A stretch of DNA of 50,335 nt from an uncultured Alphaproteobacteria bacterium (GCA_944389645.1 CALXMZ010000033.1:1-50335), one strand, 5' to 3'. Shown: positions 18,603 through 29,881, numbered from the stretch's first letter. The notes: generated by a model not told the origin, from the letters alone. Numbers and translations: made by a program.

Positions 18603-18663
18603 TCGGGTAACCGACGTGCATGTGAAAGGCATGCTTGTGGTAGATAGCCATATCGTACCACAA
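18603..18663 (+). promoter_or_regulatory. Structured rplK leader, probably the L1 autoregulatory site
   Basis: Hairpins GCATGT-GAAA-GGCATGC and TTGTGGTA...TACCACAA just upstream of rplK. Confidence 0.5.
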
Positions 18664-18688
18664 ACACAACGAAAAATGGAGTGAATAA

Positions 18689-19120
18689 ATGGCAAAAAAA
18701 GAAGTAAAAGGGATTGTTAAATTAGTAGTCCCTGCAAAACAGGCAAATCCTGCGCCTCCTATTGGGCCTGCGTTGGGTGCTGCTGGTGTAAATATCGCAG
18801 AATTCTGCAAACAGTTTAATGATAAAACTGCTGATAAAGAACCAGGAATGCCAATTCCTTGTATAATCACAGTTTATACAGATCGCAGCTTTGAATTTAT
18901 TATGAAGCTACCACCTGTATCTTATTATATTAAAAAAGCTTTGAAATTGAAGATAGGGTCTCACAAACCAGGTCGTGATTTTGTAGGGACGATTACAAAA
19001 GCACAGATTAAAGAAATTGCAGAAAGTAAAATGCCTGATTTAAATTGCTCTACCATTGAATCTGCTATGAATATCGTTGCGGGTCAATGCCGTTCTATGG
19101 GCGTAAAGGTGGAGGAATAA
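18689..19120 (+). CDS. rplK: 50S ribosomal protein L11
   Basis: [12 protein letters not shown] and FCKQFN. Confidence 0.98.
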   Translation: MAKKEVKGIVKLVVPAKQANPAPPIGPALGAAGVNIAEFCKQFNDKTADKEPGMPIPCIITVYTDRSFEFIMKLPPVSYYIKKALKLKIGSHKPGRDFVGTITKAQIKEIAESKMPDLNCSTIESAMNIVAGQCRSMGVKVEE

Positions 19121-19123
19121 GAT

Positions 19124-19798
19124 ATGAAACAGACAAAAAGACAAAAAACATGGGAACAATTGGATAAAGACAAAGTCTATTCTTTATCTGAAGCTATTGA
19201 AGCGTTACGTCCTTATTGTTCTAAAAAGTTTGATGAAAGTTTAGAGATAGCGATTCGTTTAGGGGTTGACGTAACGAAAGCTGATCAGAATATTCGTGGA
19301 ATGTTATCTTTGCCGAATGGTACTGGTAAGAAAGTCAGGGTTGCTGTGTTTACCGTTAATGGCGTAGACGAAGCAAAAAAAGCTGGTGCAGACATTGTTG
19401 GTGGCGATGATTTAATAGAAAAAGTCGCAGCAGGTGAAGTTAATTTTGATCGCGTTATTGCGACGCCTGATATGATGCCAAAATTGTCAAAAGTTGCACG
19501 TATTCTTGGACCAAAAGGTTTAATGCCTAATCCAAAGTTAGGTACTGTGACAAACAATGTTGCAGAGGCTGTTGCAACGGCAAAAGCCGGTCAGATTGAG
19601 TATCGTGCTGAAAAGAAGGGTATCATTCATGCAGGTATAGGAAAAATGTCATTTGCAACGGAAAAATTGGTTGAAAATGCAAATGCATTAATTGATCAGT
19701 TGAAAAAGGTAAAACCTGCTTCTGTAAAAGGTCAGTATATTTTGGGTGCTTCGATTTCGACGACCCAAGGTCCTGGTTTAAAGGTAGAAGTAAAATAA
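19124..19798 (+). CDS. rplA: 50S ribosomal protein L1
   Basis: KFDES, LPNGTGK and LGPKGLMPNPKLGTVT. Confidence 0.98.
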   Translation: MKQTKRQKTWEQLDKDKVYSLSEAIEALRPYCSKKFDESLEIAIRLGVDVTKADQNIRGMLSLPNGTGKKVRVAVFTVNGVDEAKKAGADIVGGDDLIEKVAAGEVNFDRVIATPDMMPKLSKVARILGPKGLMPNPKLGTVTNNVAEAVATAKAGQIEYRAEKKGIIHAGIGKMSFATEKLVENANALIDQLKKVKPASVKGQYILGASISTTQGPGLKVEVK

Positions 19799-19843
19799 TA
19801 AACGTGGTTAGGTAAGATAGTACCTAGTCGCGAACGAGATTTC

Positions 19844-19930
19844 TGTCCGAGACTGATGGTGTTTTGAAAATGACTTAATTTTCATCATAGACAAAGAAAA
19901 GATTCTTTGGGGCAGAATGTGAAGGCCCCA
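19844..19930 (+). promoter_or_regulatory. L10 leader (rplJL autoregulatory RNA)
   Basis: TGTCCGAGACTGATGG...CTTAA...CATCATAGACA resembles the L10-leader core and lies in the 219-nt rplA-rplJ gap. Confidence 0.6.
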
Positions 19931-20017
19931 CTCGATGTAAAAATCGAATGGAAAGTTTAACAAGACAGGGGATTTTAGGAACCAGTTTTCTGAAATCTTG
20001 TAAGTAAGGGTAAAAAG

Positions 20018-20494
20018 ATGAGACGCGAAGAAAAATCAGATTTGATTTCAGCGTTGCAGTCGTCTTTAAAAGAAGCAAACGGGGTTTTCGTTATTGAAAA
20101 CCATGGTTTGACGGTTAAAGAAATGGAAGCTTTACGTAATGAGTTGCGTCCATTAGTTTCTATTTTTAAGGTCGTTAAAAACCGTCTGATGAAGTTAGCT
20201 TTAAAAGATACCGACTTTGAACCTGTGTCCGAGATGATGAAACGACCGACGGCGGTTGCGGTTGCAACTGATAGTTTGGCGGTAACCAAAGTGTTGGCGA
20301 AATTTGCGGAAGAACACCCAAATTTCTCAATTATTGGTGGAAAAATGGATGCAGATGTTCTAAGTAAAGACGACATTGTGCAATTATCCAAACTACCATC
20401 CCTGTTGGAAATTCGTGGTACAATCGCACGTATATTGGTCGAACCAGCGTCACGTTTGGCACGTGTTTCTGCAGAGTATGGAAAAAAGAATTAA
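20018..20494 (+). CDS. rplJ: 50S ribosomal protein L10
   Basis: GLTV.EM..LR, VVKNRL and LSKLPS; synteny. Confidence 0.96.
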   Translation: MRREEKSDLISALQSSLKEANGVFVIENHGLTVKEMEALRNELRPLVSIFKVVKNRLMKLALKDTDFEPVSEMMKRPTAVAVATDSLAVTKVLAKFAEEHPNFSIIGGKMDADVLSKDDIVQLSKLPSLLEIRGTIARILVEPASRLARVSAEYGKKN

Positions 20495-20541
20495 AATATA
20501 CCAGAATGATGACATTCTGAATATTGTATAGGAGCAAAAAA

Positions 20542-20907
20542 ATGGCAGATATTCAAAAATTAGTTGAAGAATTGTCAAAATTAAGTGTTATGGAAGCAGT
20601 TGAATTATCCAAAGCTTTAGAAGAAGCTTGGGGTGTAAGTGCAGCAGCAGCAGTTGCAGTTGCAGCTGGTCCAGCAGCAGCTGCCGCTGAAGAAAAGACA
20701 GAATTTGACGTTGTATTAGCAGAAGCTGGTGCAAATAAATTAGCTGTTATTAAAGCGGTTAAAGATATTACTGGTTTAGGTTTAAGCGAAGCGAAAGCTT
20801 TGGTCGAGTCCGCACCGAAAACAGTAAAAGAAGCTGTTGCAAAAGATGAAGCCGATAAAATGAAAGCTACATTGGAAGCAGCTGGTGCAAAAGTTGAATT
20901 GAAATAA
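20542..20907 (+). CDS. rplL: 50S ribosomal protein L7/L12
   Basis: [14 protein letters not shown], Ala-rich hinge, EEKTEFDV and [15 protein letters not shown] precedes ATG 20542. Confidence 0.98.
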   Translation: MADIQKLVEELSKLSVMEAVELSKALEEAWGVSAAAAVAVAAGPAAAAAEEKTEFDVVLAEAGANKLAVIKAVKDITGLGLSEAKALVESAPKTVKEAVAKDEADKMKATLEAAGAKVELK

Positions 20908-20949
20908 TTCGGCAGAGGAACGTTCTAGTTCCTTAAAAGAAAAAGATAA

Positions 20950-21016
20950 GTCGCGATAAATTGCGACGAAACGCTAACCCACTTAGGTATAAAAACTTAA
21001 GTGGGCGCAAAAGCGT
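20950..21016 (+). promoter_or_regulatory. Hairpins in the rplL-rpoB spacer (attenuator or processing site-like)
   Basis: GTCGCGAT-AA-ATTGCGAC and CCCACTTAGG...CTTAAGTGGG nested in ACGCT/AGCGT. Confidence 0.4.
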
Positions 21017-21082
21017 AAAAAGATAATAACGATAGATTATGTTCTCGTTTGCAAAAAGCACAACAAAAAAGGATCAAGACCC

Positions 21083-24000
21083 ATGGCAGTTATCCAGAAA
21101 TTCAGAAAATATTTTGATAAAAGTATTTTGCAAACTCCGTTACCTGATTTAGTTGAAATTCAATACAATTCTTACAGAGATTTCTTGCAGGATGACGTTG
21201 AACCTCAGAATAGAAAAAATATCGGTTTACAGAATGTTTTTTCTTCGATGTTTCCAATTAAAGATTATGCGGGTGTTGCGGATTTAGAGTTTGTAGAATA
21301 TAAATTGGATAAACCCGTATATAACGTAAAAGAATGTATGTTACGTAATTTGACGTATTCCAGTAAGCTTAAATTAAAGTTAAGATTAATTTTATGGGAT
21401 GTCGCCGAAGACGGTAAAAAGACTTTACGTGATATAAAAGAGCAAGAAATATTTATGGGTGAAGTACCGTTAATGACGGAAAGGGGAAGTTTTATAGCAG
21501 CAGGGGTAGAGCGCGTAATCGTTTCTCAGATGCATCGTGCTCAAGGTGTGATTTTTGCAACTACGAAAGAAGCAAAAATTGCTGGTAACCCTATAACGTA
21601 TACTGCTCGTATAATTCCTGAACACGGTAGCTGGATAGATTTTGAAGAGTATAAAGGTATAATATACGTTCGTATAGATCGTCGTCGTAAAATACCTGCG
21701 ACTGTTTTATTACGTTGTTTGCCTTCTGCAGAAGATGAAAAGAAATGGTTTGCAGATCCACGTAAATCGAATATTCGTGGAATGGATGACGCAGAAATTT
21801 TAGGTAATTTCTATAAACGTATGCCTTTATCTTTTGACGGTAAGATGTGGATTGGTGAAACATCTGTTTTTGAAGGTTTAGATAAATATCGCTTAAATTA
21901 TGATTTAATTAATCCGAAAGATAAAAAAATATTAGCTAATAAGGGTGACCGTATCAATGCTAAACGTTTATCAAAAATTATGAGCACTTCTAAAGAATAC
22001 GGTATTATGCCGGAAGCTTTAGTCGGTGAATATTTATTTGACCCCGTTATGAACGGAGAAGAAGTAGTTTTTCAAGCCGGTACAGAAATTACAGAAGAAG
22101 TACTAGAGGATATAGAGAAATTAGGTATTAAAAATATTTCTTTAATTTCGATAGACAATACTACAATTACTTCACATATGCGTAATACATTGATAGCAGA
22201 TAAGACGACAAATCGTGAAGAAGCATTGATCGAAATTTATAATGTAATCAGACCGGGTGAACGTCCGACAGTGGAAGCGGCAATTAATTTATTCATGCGT
22301 CAGGGATTTGATGCAGCATATTATGATTTATCGGCAGTCGGTCGTTTTAAAATGAATAAGCGTTTGAAGATAGATTCAGGTAAAAAACCGGAAGATGAAC
22401 GTTTATTGACAAAATCTGATTTCTTGGCGGTATTAAAGACGCTGACCAATATCATTGATCATAAGGATACAGTGGACGATATTGATAATCTATCCAATCG
22501 TCGCGTTCGCACAGTGGGGGAATTATTAGAACAGAACTTCAGAACAGGCATGGTTCGTATTGAACGCTTGGTTCGTGAAAGTCTGTCTTCACCAAATATT
22601 GCGAACATGCAGCCACAAGATGTTATCAATGTAAAGCCATTGATGTCTTTGGTTTCCGAATTCTTGGGAACATCACAGTTATCTCAGTTTATGGATGCAT
22701 ATAATCCGTTATCAGAAGTAGAACATAAGCGTTTGATTTCTGCGTTGGGGCCTGGTGGTTTGAACCGTGAGCGTGCTGGTATTGATGTCCGAGACGTTCA
22801 TCCGACTCATTATGGTAGATTGTGTCCTATTCACACACCAGAAGGTGCGAACATTGGTTTGATTAACCATCTGGCAACATATGCGCGTGTAAATCCGTAC
22901 GGATTTATTGAAACGCCATATTATGTTGTAGAAAATAGTAAAATTACAGACAAGATGGTTTATTTGACCGCGGATGAAGAATTGGGGCATAAGATAGCAC
23001 AAGGTAATACACCTATGAATTCTAATGGTGTGCTGGCTGAAGATATGGTAACAGCACGTGTTGACGGTGAATTTACTATGGTTCCAAAGGAAGAAGTTGA
23101 CTTAATTGACGTTGAACCACGACAGGTGGTATCCATTGCAACAGGTCTGATACCGTTTGTAGAAAACGACGACGCGAACCGTGCTTTGATGGGATCAAAC
23201 ATGCAACGTCAGGCAGTTCCGTTATTACGTGTTCAGGCACCACTTGTTGGAACAGGTATTGAACGTGAAGTTGCGCGTGATTCTAGAACTGGTAAGGTTG
23301 CAAAGCATAGCGGTATAGTAGAATCTGTTGATGCAAATCGTATCGTGGTAAAATGTATGAACAGCCGTAATGTTGTGACAGGTGTTGATATTTATAACCT
23401 AGAGAAATTTGAACGTAGTAATAGTGAAACATTGGTACATCAGAAACCATTAGTAAAAGTCGGTGATCGTGTATCAGCAGGTGATATTATAGCGGATGGT
23501 TCTTCTATGAACTACGGTGAATTAGCTTTAGGGCGTAATGTCTTGGTGGCGTTCGTTCCATGGCGTGGTTATAATTACGAAGACTCTATTGTTATATCAG
23601 AGCGTATTTCACGTGACGATGCGTTTACATCTGTGAAGATTGTTGAAAAAGAAATCAAAGTTCGTGATACTCAGTTGGGACCGGAAAGTCTGACGCGTGA
23701 TATTCCAAATGTAAGTGAAGAAGCGTTAAAGAACTTGGATGAATCTGGTATTATTTACGTTGGTGCGCGCGTTAAACAAGGTGATATTTTGGTTGGGCGC
23801 GTATCACCAAAATCAGAAACTTTGTTGACACCAGAAGAAGCATTGTTGCGTAATATCTTTGGTGAAAAAGCATTGAATGTTAAAGATTCTTCATTGAAGG
23901 TTGGACCAAATGAAGAAGGGACGGTTATCGGCGTTAACGTATTAACTCGTCATGGTGTAAAGAAAGACGAACGTACGCAGATGATCGAGCTGCAAAAGAT

Positions 24001-25219
24001 AGAAAAGATAAACAAAGATAGAGAAGAAGAAACATCTATCATGGAAAAAAGTTTTGCAGATCAGGTTTTCCAAATTGCAGAGGGTCAAATCATTGATGCT
24101 GGTACCGGTAGTTTGAAACCATTTGTTGGTAAGAAACTTACAGAAGAAGTCTTTGAAGGTATAAGACCAGCTGATGTTAAAAAATTGGTTGTACGTAATA
24201 AAGAAGCGCAGGCAAAAATTGATGAACTACGTGAACAGCATGTTGCTAAATTGAAAGAATTGAATGAGAAAGCTGATGCGGAAGTTGCAAAAGTAACAGA
24301 AAGCAATTCTTTGGCAGCTGGTGTTTTGAAAGAAGTAAAAGTTTATATTGCGCACAAGATGAAGTTGCAGCCTGGTGATAAGATGGCGGGTCGTCATGGT
24401 AATAAGGGTATAGTATCAAAAGTAGTACCTATTGAAGATATGCCATATATGGAAGACGGTACACCAGTAGATATTGTATTGAATCCATTAGGTGTACCAA
24501 GTCGTATGAATATCGGTCAGATATTAGAAACTCACCTTGGTATGGCAGCGCGTACGTTAGGTCAGCAAATCGGCGAAGTTCTGGAAGAAGTAAAACAGAA
24601 ACGTGCCGTAACGGATGATTTGCGTACGATTATGGGCAAAGTTTATGGTAAAGAAATTGCCGAAAAGTTGGAAAAAATGACGGATACAGACGTTCGTGCA
24701 GAAGCATCGTTGTTAAAAGATGGTGTACCGATGGCAACACCCACATTTAACGGTGCAAGTCCAGAAGATATTCGTTCCATGTTGAAACTAGCTAAACTAC
24801 CAGAATCCGGGCAATTTACTCTGTATGATGGTATGACGGGTGAAAAATTTGCACGTCCTGTAACGGTCGGTGTAATGTACATGTTGAAATTGCATCACTT
24901 TGTTGATGAAAAGATTCATGCACGTTCAATTGGTAATTACTCTTTGGTAACGCAGCAACCGTTATCTGGTAAGGCTCATATGGGGGGTCAGCGTTTAGGT
25001 GAAATGGAAGTTTGGGCGTTAGAAGCACATGGTGCTGCTCACTTACTACGAGAAATGTTGACTGTAAAGTCTGATGATATAACTGGTCGTACGAAGATGT
25101 ATGAATCCATCATATCTGGTAGTAATGATATTCAGACGGGTACACCAGAGGCCTTTAACGTGTTCGTTCGCGAATTACGTGGTTTAGGTTTGTCAATGAC
25201 ACCAAAGAAAATAGATTAA
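21083..25219 (+). CDS. rpoB: RNA polymerase beta subunit
   Basis: SQLSQFMD, TPEGANIGL, GDKMAGRHGNKG and GGQRLGEMEVWA. Confidence 0.99.
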   Translation: MAVIQKFRKYFDKSILQTPLPDLVEIQYNSYRDFLQDDVEPQNRKNIGLQNVFSSMFPIKDYAGVADLEFVEYKLDKPVYNVKECMLRNLTYSSKLKLKLRLILWDVAEDGKKTLRDIKEQEIFMGEVPLMTERGSFIAAGVERVIVSQMHRAQGVIFATTKEAKIAGNPITYTARIIPEHGSWIDFEEYKGIIYVRIDRRRKIPATVLLRCLPSAEDEKKWFADPRKSNIRGMDDAEILGNFYKRMPLSFDGKMWIGETSVFEGLDKYRLNYDLINPKDKKILANKGDRINAKRLSKIMSTSKEYGIMPEALVGEYLFDPVMNGEEVVFQAGTEITEEVLEDIEKLGIKNISLISIDNTTITSHMRNTLIADKTTNREEALIEIYNVIRPGERPTVEAAINLFMRQGFDAAYYDLSAVGRFKMNKRLKIDSGKKPEDERLLTKSDFLAVLKTLTNIIDHKDTVDDIDNLSNRRVRTVGELLEQNFRTGMVRIERLVRESLSSPNIANMQPQDVINVKPLMSLVSEFLGTSQLSQFMDAYNPLSEVEHKRLISALGPGGLNRERAGIDVRDVHPTHYGRLCPIHTPEGANIGLINHLATYARVNPYGFIETPYYVVENSKITDKMVYLTADEELGHKIAQGNTPMNSNGVLAEDMVTARVDGEFTMVPKEEVDLIDVEPRQVVSIATGLIPFVENDDANRALMGSNMQRQAVPLLRVQAPLVGTGIEREVARDSRTGKVAKHSGIVESVDANRIVVKCMNSRNVVTGVDIYNLEKFERSNSETLVHQKPLVKVGDRVSAGDIIADGSSMNYGELALGRNVLVAFVPWRGYNYEDSIVISERISRDDAFTSVKIVEKEIKVRDTQLGPESLTRDIPNVSEEALKNLDESGIIYVGARVKQGDILVGRVSPKSETLLTPEEALLRNIFGEKALNVKDSSLKVGPNEEGTVIGVNVLTRHGVKKDERTQMIELQKIEKINKDREEETSIMEKSFADQVFQIAEGQIIDAGTGSLKPFVGKKLTEEVFEGIRPADVKKLVVRNKEAQAKIDELREQHVAKLKELNEKADAEVAKVTESNSLAAGVLKEVKVYIAHKMKLQPGDKMAGRHGNKGIVSKVVPIEDMPYMEDGTPVDIVLNPLGVPSRMNIGQILETHLGMAARTLGQQIGEVLEEVKQKRAVTDDLRTIMGKVYGKEIAEKLEKMTDTDVRAEASLLKDGVPMATPTFNGASPEDIRSMLKLAKLPESGQFTLYDGMTGEKFARPVTVGVMYMLKLHHFVDEKIHARSIGNYSLVTQQPLSGKAHMGGQRLGEMEVWALEAHGAAHLLREMLTVKSDDITGRTKMYESIISGSNDIQTGTPEAFNVFVRELRGLGLSMTPKKID

Positions 25220-25301
25220 GTGGCGGTGGCTAAAAGCATTATAATAAAAAGTAACGCCGCTAGCCACGCAATATTTTTAGCTACTGAAAGGAGCAAAATA
25301 C

Positions 25302-28300
25302 ATGACCAATATGTTGCAGAAGATATTCGGACAAATTGAAAATAAGGAACAATTTGATGCTTTGCGTATAACAATTGCATCACCAGAAGAAATACTTTCT
25401 TGGTCACATGGTGAAGTTAAAAAGCCAGAAACTATTAATTATCACTCTTTAAAACCGGAACCAGAAGGTTTGTTCTGTCAGCAGATCTTTGGACCAGTAA
25501 AAGATTATGAGTGTGCTTGTGGTAAGTATAAAAGAATAAAATTCCGTGGCGTTGTTTGCGAACGTTGCGGTGTAGAGGTAGGATCTTCTACCGTTCGTCG
25601 TGAACGTATGGGGCATATTAAATTAGCTATGCCTGTTGCGCATACATGGTTCTTGCGTGAAGGTAAAATTGCAACTTTATTAAACAATTTACCACAGAAA
25701 AAGTTGGAACAGGTCATTTCTTATGATGCTTATATCGTTATTGAACCAGGTTTAACAAATTTAAAACAATATGATGTTATCAGTGAAGATGAATATCAGA
25801 ATGCGGTTGAAGAATTCGGTGCAGATGCATTTCATGTAGGTATCGGTGCAGAAGGTATCAGAAGCATAATTGCTAATCTGGATATGGGGGATGAACGTAC
25901 TCGTTTACGTGCAGAGTTAGCAGAAACTAAATCTGAAGCGAAACGTAAAGCGTTAATTAAACAGTTGAAGTTGGTTGAAGCGTTTTTAGATTCCAAGACA
26001 GATCCAGCATGGATGTTACCAGATGTTATTCCTGTAATACCACCCGATATGCGTCCATTAGTAACTTTGGATGCAGGTCATGTTGCAGCATCCGATTTGA
26101 ATGATTTATATCGTCGCGTAATCATCCGCAATAATCGTCTGAAAAGATTTATGGAAATGCACGCACCTGAAATCATCGTTCGTAATGAAAAGCGCATGTT
26201 GCAAGAAGCTGTAGATTCTTTGTTCGATAATGGGCATAAAGCGCGTCCAATGGTTTCACAGAACCGCCGTCCATTAAAGTCTTTGTCTGATTCTTTACGT
26301 GGTAAATCGGGGCGTTTCCGTATGAACTTGTTAGGTAAACGTGTTGATTATTCCGGTCGTTCTGTAATTGTTTCTGGACCATCTTTGAAATTGCATCAGG
26401 TTGGTCTGCCAAAGACTATGGCGTTGGAATTATTTAAACCATTTGTTTATGCAAGATTGTTGGCAGGTGATTATGCTAATACTTTGAAGACAGCACGTAA
26501 AATGGTCGAAAACGGTGAAGATATCGTTTGGGAAATTTTGGAAAAAGTTATTTACCAACATCCTGTATTATTAAACCGTGCACCTTCGTTACATAGATTA
26601 TCTATGTTAGCGTTTGAACCGGTTTTAATTGAAGGTAAGGCAATTCGTTTACATCCTTTGGTTTGTAAAGGTTTTAATGCTGACTTTGATGGTGACCAGA
26701 TGTCCGTTCACGTTCCTATTTCATTGGAAGCGCAGTTAGAAGCACGCACTTTGATGTTGTCTTCTAATAACGTTTTGTCACCTGCGAACGGTGAACCGAT
26801 GATCGTACCTTCTCAAGACATGGTTTTAGGTGTTTACTATATTTCATTGATTAATGGGGAACATACTGAAAAGTCACCGCGTTTTGCGAATATGGATGAA
26901 GTACAGTTGGCTTTGGAAAATAAGACAATAACTTTACATACGCCTATTATTGCTCGTATTAATGGTAAAACATACAAGACAACAGCCGGTCGTATGATTT
27001 TAGGTGAATTATTACCTAAATCAGAAAATATGCCTTTCGATTTGGTAAACAAAGTTATGCCTGTAAAAGAAATCAAAGCATTATTAGCAACAACATATGA
27101 ACGTTGCGGTGATAAAGAAACAATTTTATTAGCAGATGCTTTGAAAAATACAGGTTTTGAACAGGCGGCACGAAGTGGTATTTCAATAGGTTTTGATGAT
27201 ATTGTAATTCCAGAGGAAAAGAAAACTTTGATTGCAGAATCAGAAAAAGCGGCAGAAGAAATTGAAGAACAATATCAGAACGGTTTATTGTCAGGTGGTG
27301 AAAGACATAACAAGTTAATTGACTTATGGCAGAAAACAACCGATAAATTGGGTGACTTGGCTTATGCTGCTTTGGGTAAAACAACCGGTGATAACTGGAA
27401 TTCTGTATTGATGATGGCATTATCTGGTGCTCGTGGTTCAAAACGTCAGATTCAGCAGTTGGCAGGTATGCGCGGTATGATGCAGAAGCCAGATGGTTCC
27501 ATTATAGAAGTTCCTATTATTTCGAACTTTAAGGAAGGTTTGACTATGGCGGAATACTTTACGTCGACGCATGGTGCGCGTAAGGGTATGTCGGATACTG
27601 CTTTGAAGACGGCGGACGCTGGTTATTTGACACGTCGTTTGGTTGAATTGGCTCAGAATACAGTTATTACAGAACACGATTGCGGGACAACAGAATATAT
27701 AACTGCAAAACCAGTATATCAAGGTAGTGCGTTGTCAGTTGCTCTTGGAGACGTAGTTCTGGGACGTACAGCAGCTCATGATATAGTTCATCCGATCACA
27801 AAAGAAGTAATAGTTCCTGCGGGTGAGTTAATTAATAAAGCCGCTGCAAAGAAAATAAATGAATCCGGGTTACCAAGTGTGGATGTTCGCAGCGTATTAA
27901 CTTGTTGCAGTGACGGTTTGTGCGCGAAATGTTACGGTATGGATTTGTCGCGTAATGCGCTGGTTCATGTAGGTGAAGCTGTCGGTGTTATCGCAGGACA
28001 GTCTATTGGTGAACCTGGTACTCAGTTAACTTTACGTACTTTCCATATTGGTGGTGTTGCAGCAGGTGGAGCAGAAAGTCACTTTATCGAAGTTCCTGTT
28101 TCTGGTACTATAAAGTTGTCTGGTGTGAATACAATTAAAAATTCTGCCGGTCGTATTGTAGTATTGTCAAGAAATGGTGAATTATCAGTGGTTGATGATA
28201 ATGGTGAAGCGCAATTTACAAGCAGTTTGCCATATGCATCAATGTTAATTGTAAACGATGGTGACAAGGTAGAAAAAGGCGCAAAAGTTGCAGAATGGGA

Positions 28301-29411
28301 TCCTTATTCAAATACGATCATAGCGGAAAAAAACGGTATTGTTCAGTTTAATGACTTGATTGAAAACGTATCTTATCAGGAAGAAGTTGATTCTATGACA
28401 GGTATTGTTTCTCGTAAAGTAATTAACTGGAAAGCGAATACAAAGAAAGCGTTAAACCCTGCAATTACATTGGTAAATGAAAAGGGTGAGATCTTATCCT
28501 TGGGTGGTAAGAAGATTGCAGAGTACTTATTACCTATGTATTCTATTTTGAACGTAGCAAACGGTGCAACTGTTGCTGCTGGTGACGTACTGGCAAGAAT
28601 CCCTGTTCAGTCAAAACGTACGAGTGATATTACCGGTGGTTTGCCACGCGTAAACGAATTATTAGAAGTTCGTAGACCTGCAAACCCAGCTTTGTTAGCA
28701 GAAATAGACGGTACTATCGAGTTAGAGGATGCAAAATCAAAGATAATAGTTCGTATTGTTCCAGATAATGGGACCGCACCTGTTGAATATGCGGTACCAA
28801 AAGGTACGAATTTATTAGTTCGTAGCGGTGACGTTGTAAGAAAAGCTGATAAGTTAGTTGATGGTGATCCTGTACCGCAAGATATTTTACGTATTTTGGG
28901 GCAGAAAGCATTAGCAACCTTTATGGTAGAACAGATACAGCAAGTTTATCGTCTGCAGGGTGTGGTAATTAACGATAAGCATATTGAAATTTTGATACGA
29001 GAAATGACTCGTCGTGTAGAAATCACGAACCCAGGTGATACAGGATTCTTGATGGGGCAAGTCGTTGACCGTGTTGATTTTGAAGAAGAGAATACTCGTG
29101 TTATTCATGATGGTGGTAAACCGGCAGAAGCATCACAAGTTTTGGTTGGTTTGACGCGTGCATCTTTGACAAGTCGATCTTTCATATCTAACGCCTCGTT
29201 CCAACAGACTACGAAAGTATTGGTTGATGCAGCAATTAGTGGCGCAACTGATAAATTGGTTGGTATCAATGAAAACCTGATTGTCGGTCGTCTGATACCA
29301 ATCGGAACGGGTGCATATGTACGTCGCGTTCGTGAAATTGCGAAAGCAGAAGAAAAAGCTGAAAAGCTTGCTCGTGAAGGTGGTACGCAACAGCAGTTGT
29401 TGGATATCTAA
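25302..29411 (+). CDS. rpoC: RNA polymerase beta' subunit
   Basis: N-terminal zinc finger, catalytic NADFDGD and QSIGEPGTQLTLRTFH. Confidence 0.99.
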   Translation: MTNMLQKIFGQIENKEQFDALRITIASPEEILSWSHGEVKKPETINYHSLKPEPEGLFCQQIFGPVKDYECACGKYKRIKFRGVVCERCGVEVGSSTVRRERMGHIKLAMPVAHTWFLREGKIATLLNNLPQKKLEQVISYDAYIVIEPGLTNLKQYDVISEDEYQNAVEEFGADAFHVGIGAEGIRSIIANLDMGDERTRLRAELAETKSEAKRKALIKQLKLVEAFLDSKTDPAWMLPDVIPVIPPDMRPLVTLDAGHVAASDLNDLYRRVIIRNNRLKRFMEMHAPEIIVRNEKRMLQEAVDSLFDNGHKARPMVSQNRRPLKSLSDSLRGKSGRFRMNLLGKRVDYSGRSVIVSGPSLKLHQVGLPKTMALELFKPFVYARLLAGDYANTLKTARKMVENGEDIVWEILEKVIYQHPVLLNRAPSLHRLSMLAFEPVLIEGKAIRLHPLVCKGFNADFDGDQMSVHVPISLEAQLEARTLMLSSNNVLSPANGEPMIVPSQDMVLGVYYISLINGEHTEKSPRFANMDEVQLALENKTITLHTPIIARINGKTYKTTAGRMILGELLPKSENMPFDLVNKVMPVKEIKALLATTYERCGDKETILLADALKNTGFEQAARSGISIGFDDIVIPEEKKTLIAESEKAAEEIEEQYQNGLLSGGERHNKLIDLWQKTTDKLGDLAYAALGKTTGDNWNSVLMMALSGARGSKRQIQQLAGMRGMMQKPDGSIIEVPIISNFKEGLTMAEYFTSTHGARKGMSDTALKTADAGYLTRRLVELAQNTVITEHDCGTTEYITAKPVYQGSALSVALGDVVLGRTAAHDIVHPITKEVIVPAGELINKAAAKKINESGLPSVDVRSVLTCCSDGLCAKCYGMDLSRNALVHVGEAVGVIAGQSIGEPGTQLTLRTFHIGGVAAGGAESHFIEVPVSGTIKLSGVNTIKNSAGRIVVLSRNGELSVVDDNGEAQFTSSLPYASMLIVNDGDKVEKGAKVAEWDPYSNTIIAEKNGIVQFNDLIENVSYQEEVDSMTGIVSRKVINWKANTKKALNPAITLVNEKGEILSLGGKKIAEYLLPMYSILNVANGATVAAGDVLARIPVQSKRTSDITGGLPRVNELLEVRRPANPALLAEIDGTIELEDAKSKIIVRIVPDNGTAPVEYAVPKGTNLLVRSGDVVRKADKLVDGDPVPQDILRILGQKALATFMVEQIQQVYRLQGVVINDKHIEILIREMTRRVEITNPGDTGFLMGQVVDRVDFEEENTRVIHDGGKPAEASQVLVGLTRASLTSRSFISNASFQQTTKVLVDAAISGATDKLVGINENLIVGRLIPIGTGAYVRRVREIAKAEEKAEKLAREGGTQQQLLDI

Positions 29412-29432
29412 TCAAGATAATAGAAACATAAC

Positions 29433-29467
29433 CGCTCGACATGCTTTAGTTTTAAGTGTGTCGGGCG
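29433..29467 (+). terminator. Hairpin after rpoC
   Basis: CGCTCGACATGCTT...AAGTGTGTCGGGCG, with G-U pairs. Confidence 0.6.
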
Positions 29468-29482
29468 TTGTGAGTTAAAAGT

Positions 29483-29881
29483 ATGAAAGAAATTCCTGCA
29501 ATATTTTGTGATATAGATGGTGTTGTAAATAAGAAGTTTGCAATTGCTAACTATGACCGTTTCGGTGAACCGAATGAAAATATGATACGGGTTTTAGAAA
29601 CGTTAGGGAAGGATTTTACGATAGTTTTTATAACAGGTCGGTGGGCGATGGGGCAACAGAAGGTAGAAATGCATATAAATGGTTTACTTCCGAATATAAA
29701 AAAGCGAATATTCTGTAAACCGCATAATTACCCCGGGACTACGGCGGATTATAAATTAGCAACGATAATCGCATTAGAAAAACAAGGGTATAAGTTTTAT
29801 ATGGGGCTGGACGACCACAGTGCAGTAATAGGTTTGATGCATAATCATGGTATGTTTGTGGCTCAGGTTATATCAGATTAA
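29483..29881 (+). CDS. Small capless HAD-superfamily phosphatase (PNK 3'-phosphatase-like)
   Basis: Motif I CDIDG, motif II ITGR, a conserved K and motif IV LDDH. Confidence 0.75.
   Translation: MKEIPAIFCDIDGVVNKKFAIANYDRFGEPNENMIRVLETLGKDFTIVFITGRWAMGQQKVEMHINGLLPNIKKRIFCKPHNYPGTTADYKLATIIALEKQGYKFYMGLDDHSAVIGLMHNHGMFVAQVISD

Noticed and set aside
21591-29390. Many short antisense ORFs within rpoB/rpoC (and similar ones within pyrG, yidC, rplA, rplJ, the M13 peptidase and hemW)
   Set aside because: They are shadows of strongly conserved genes, with no motifs or SDs.
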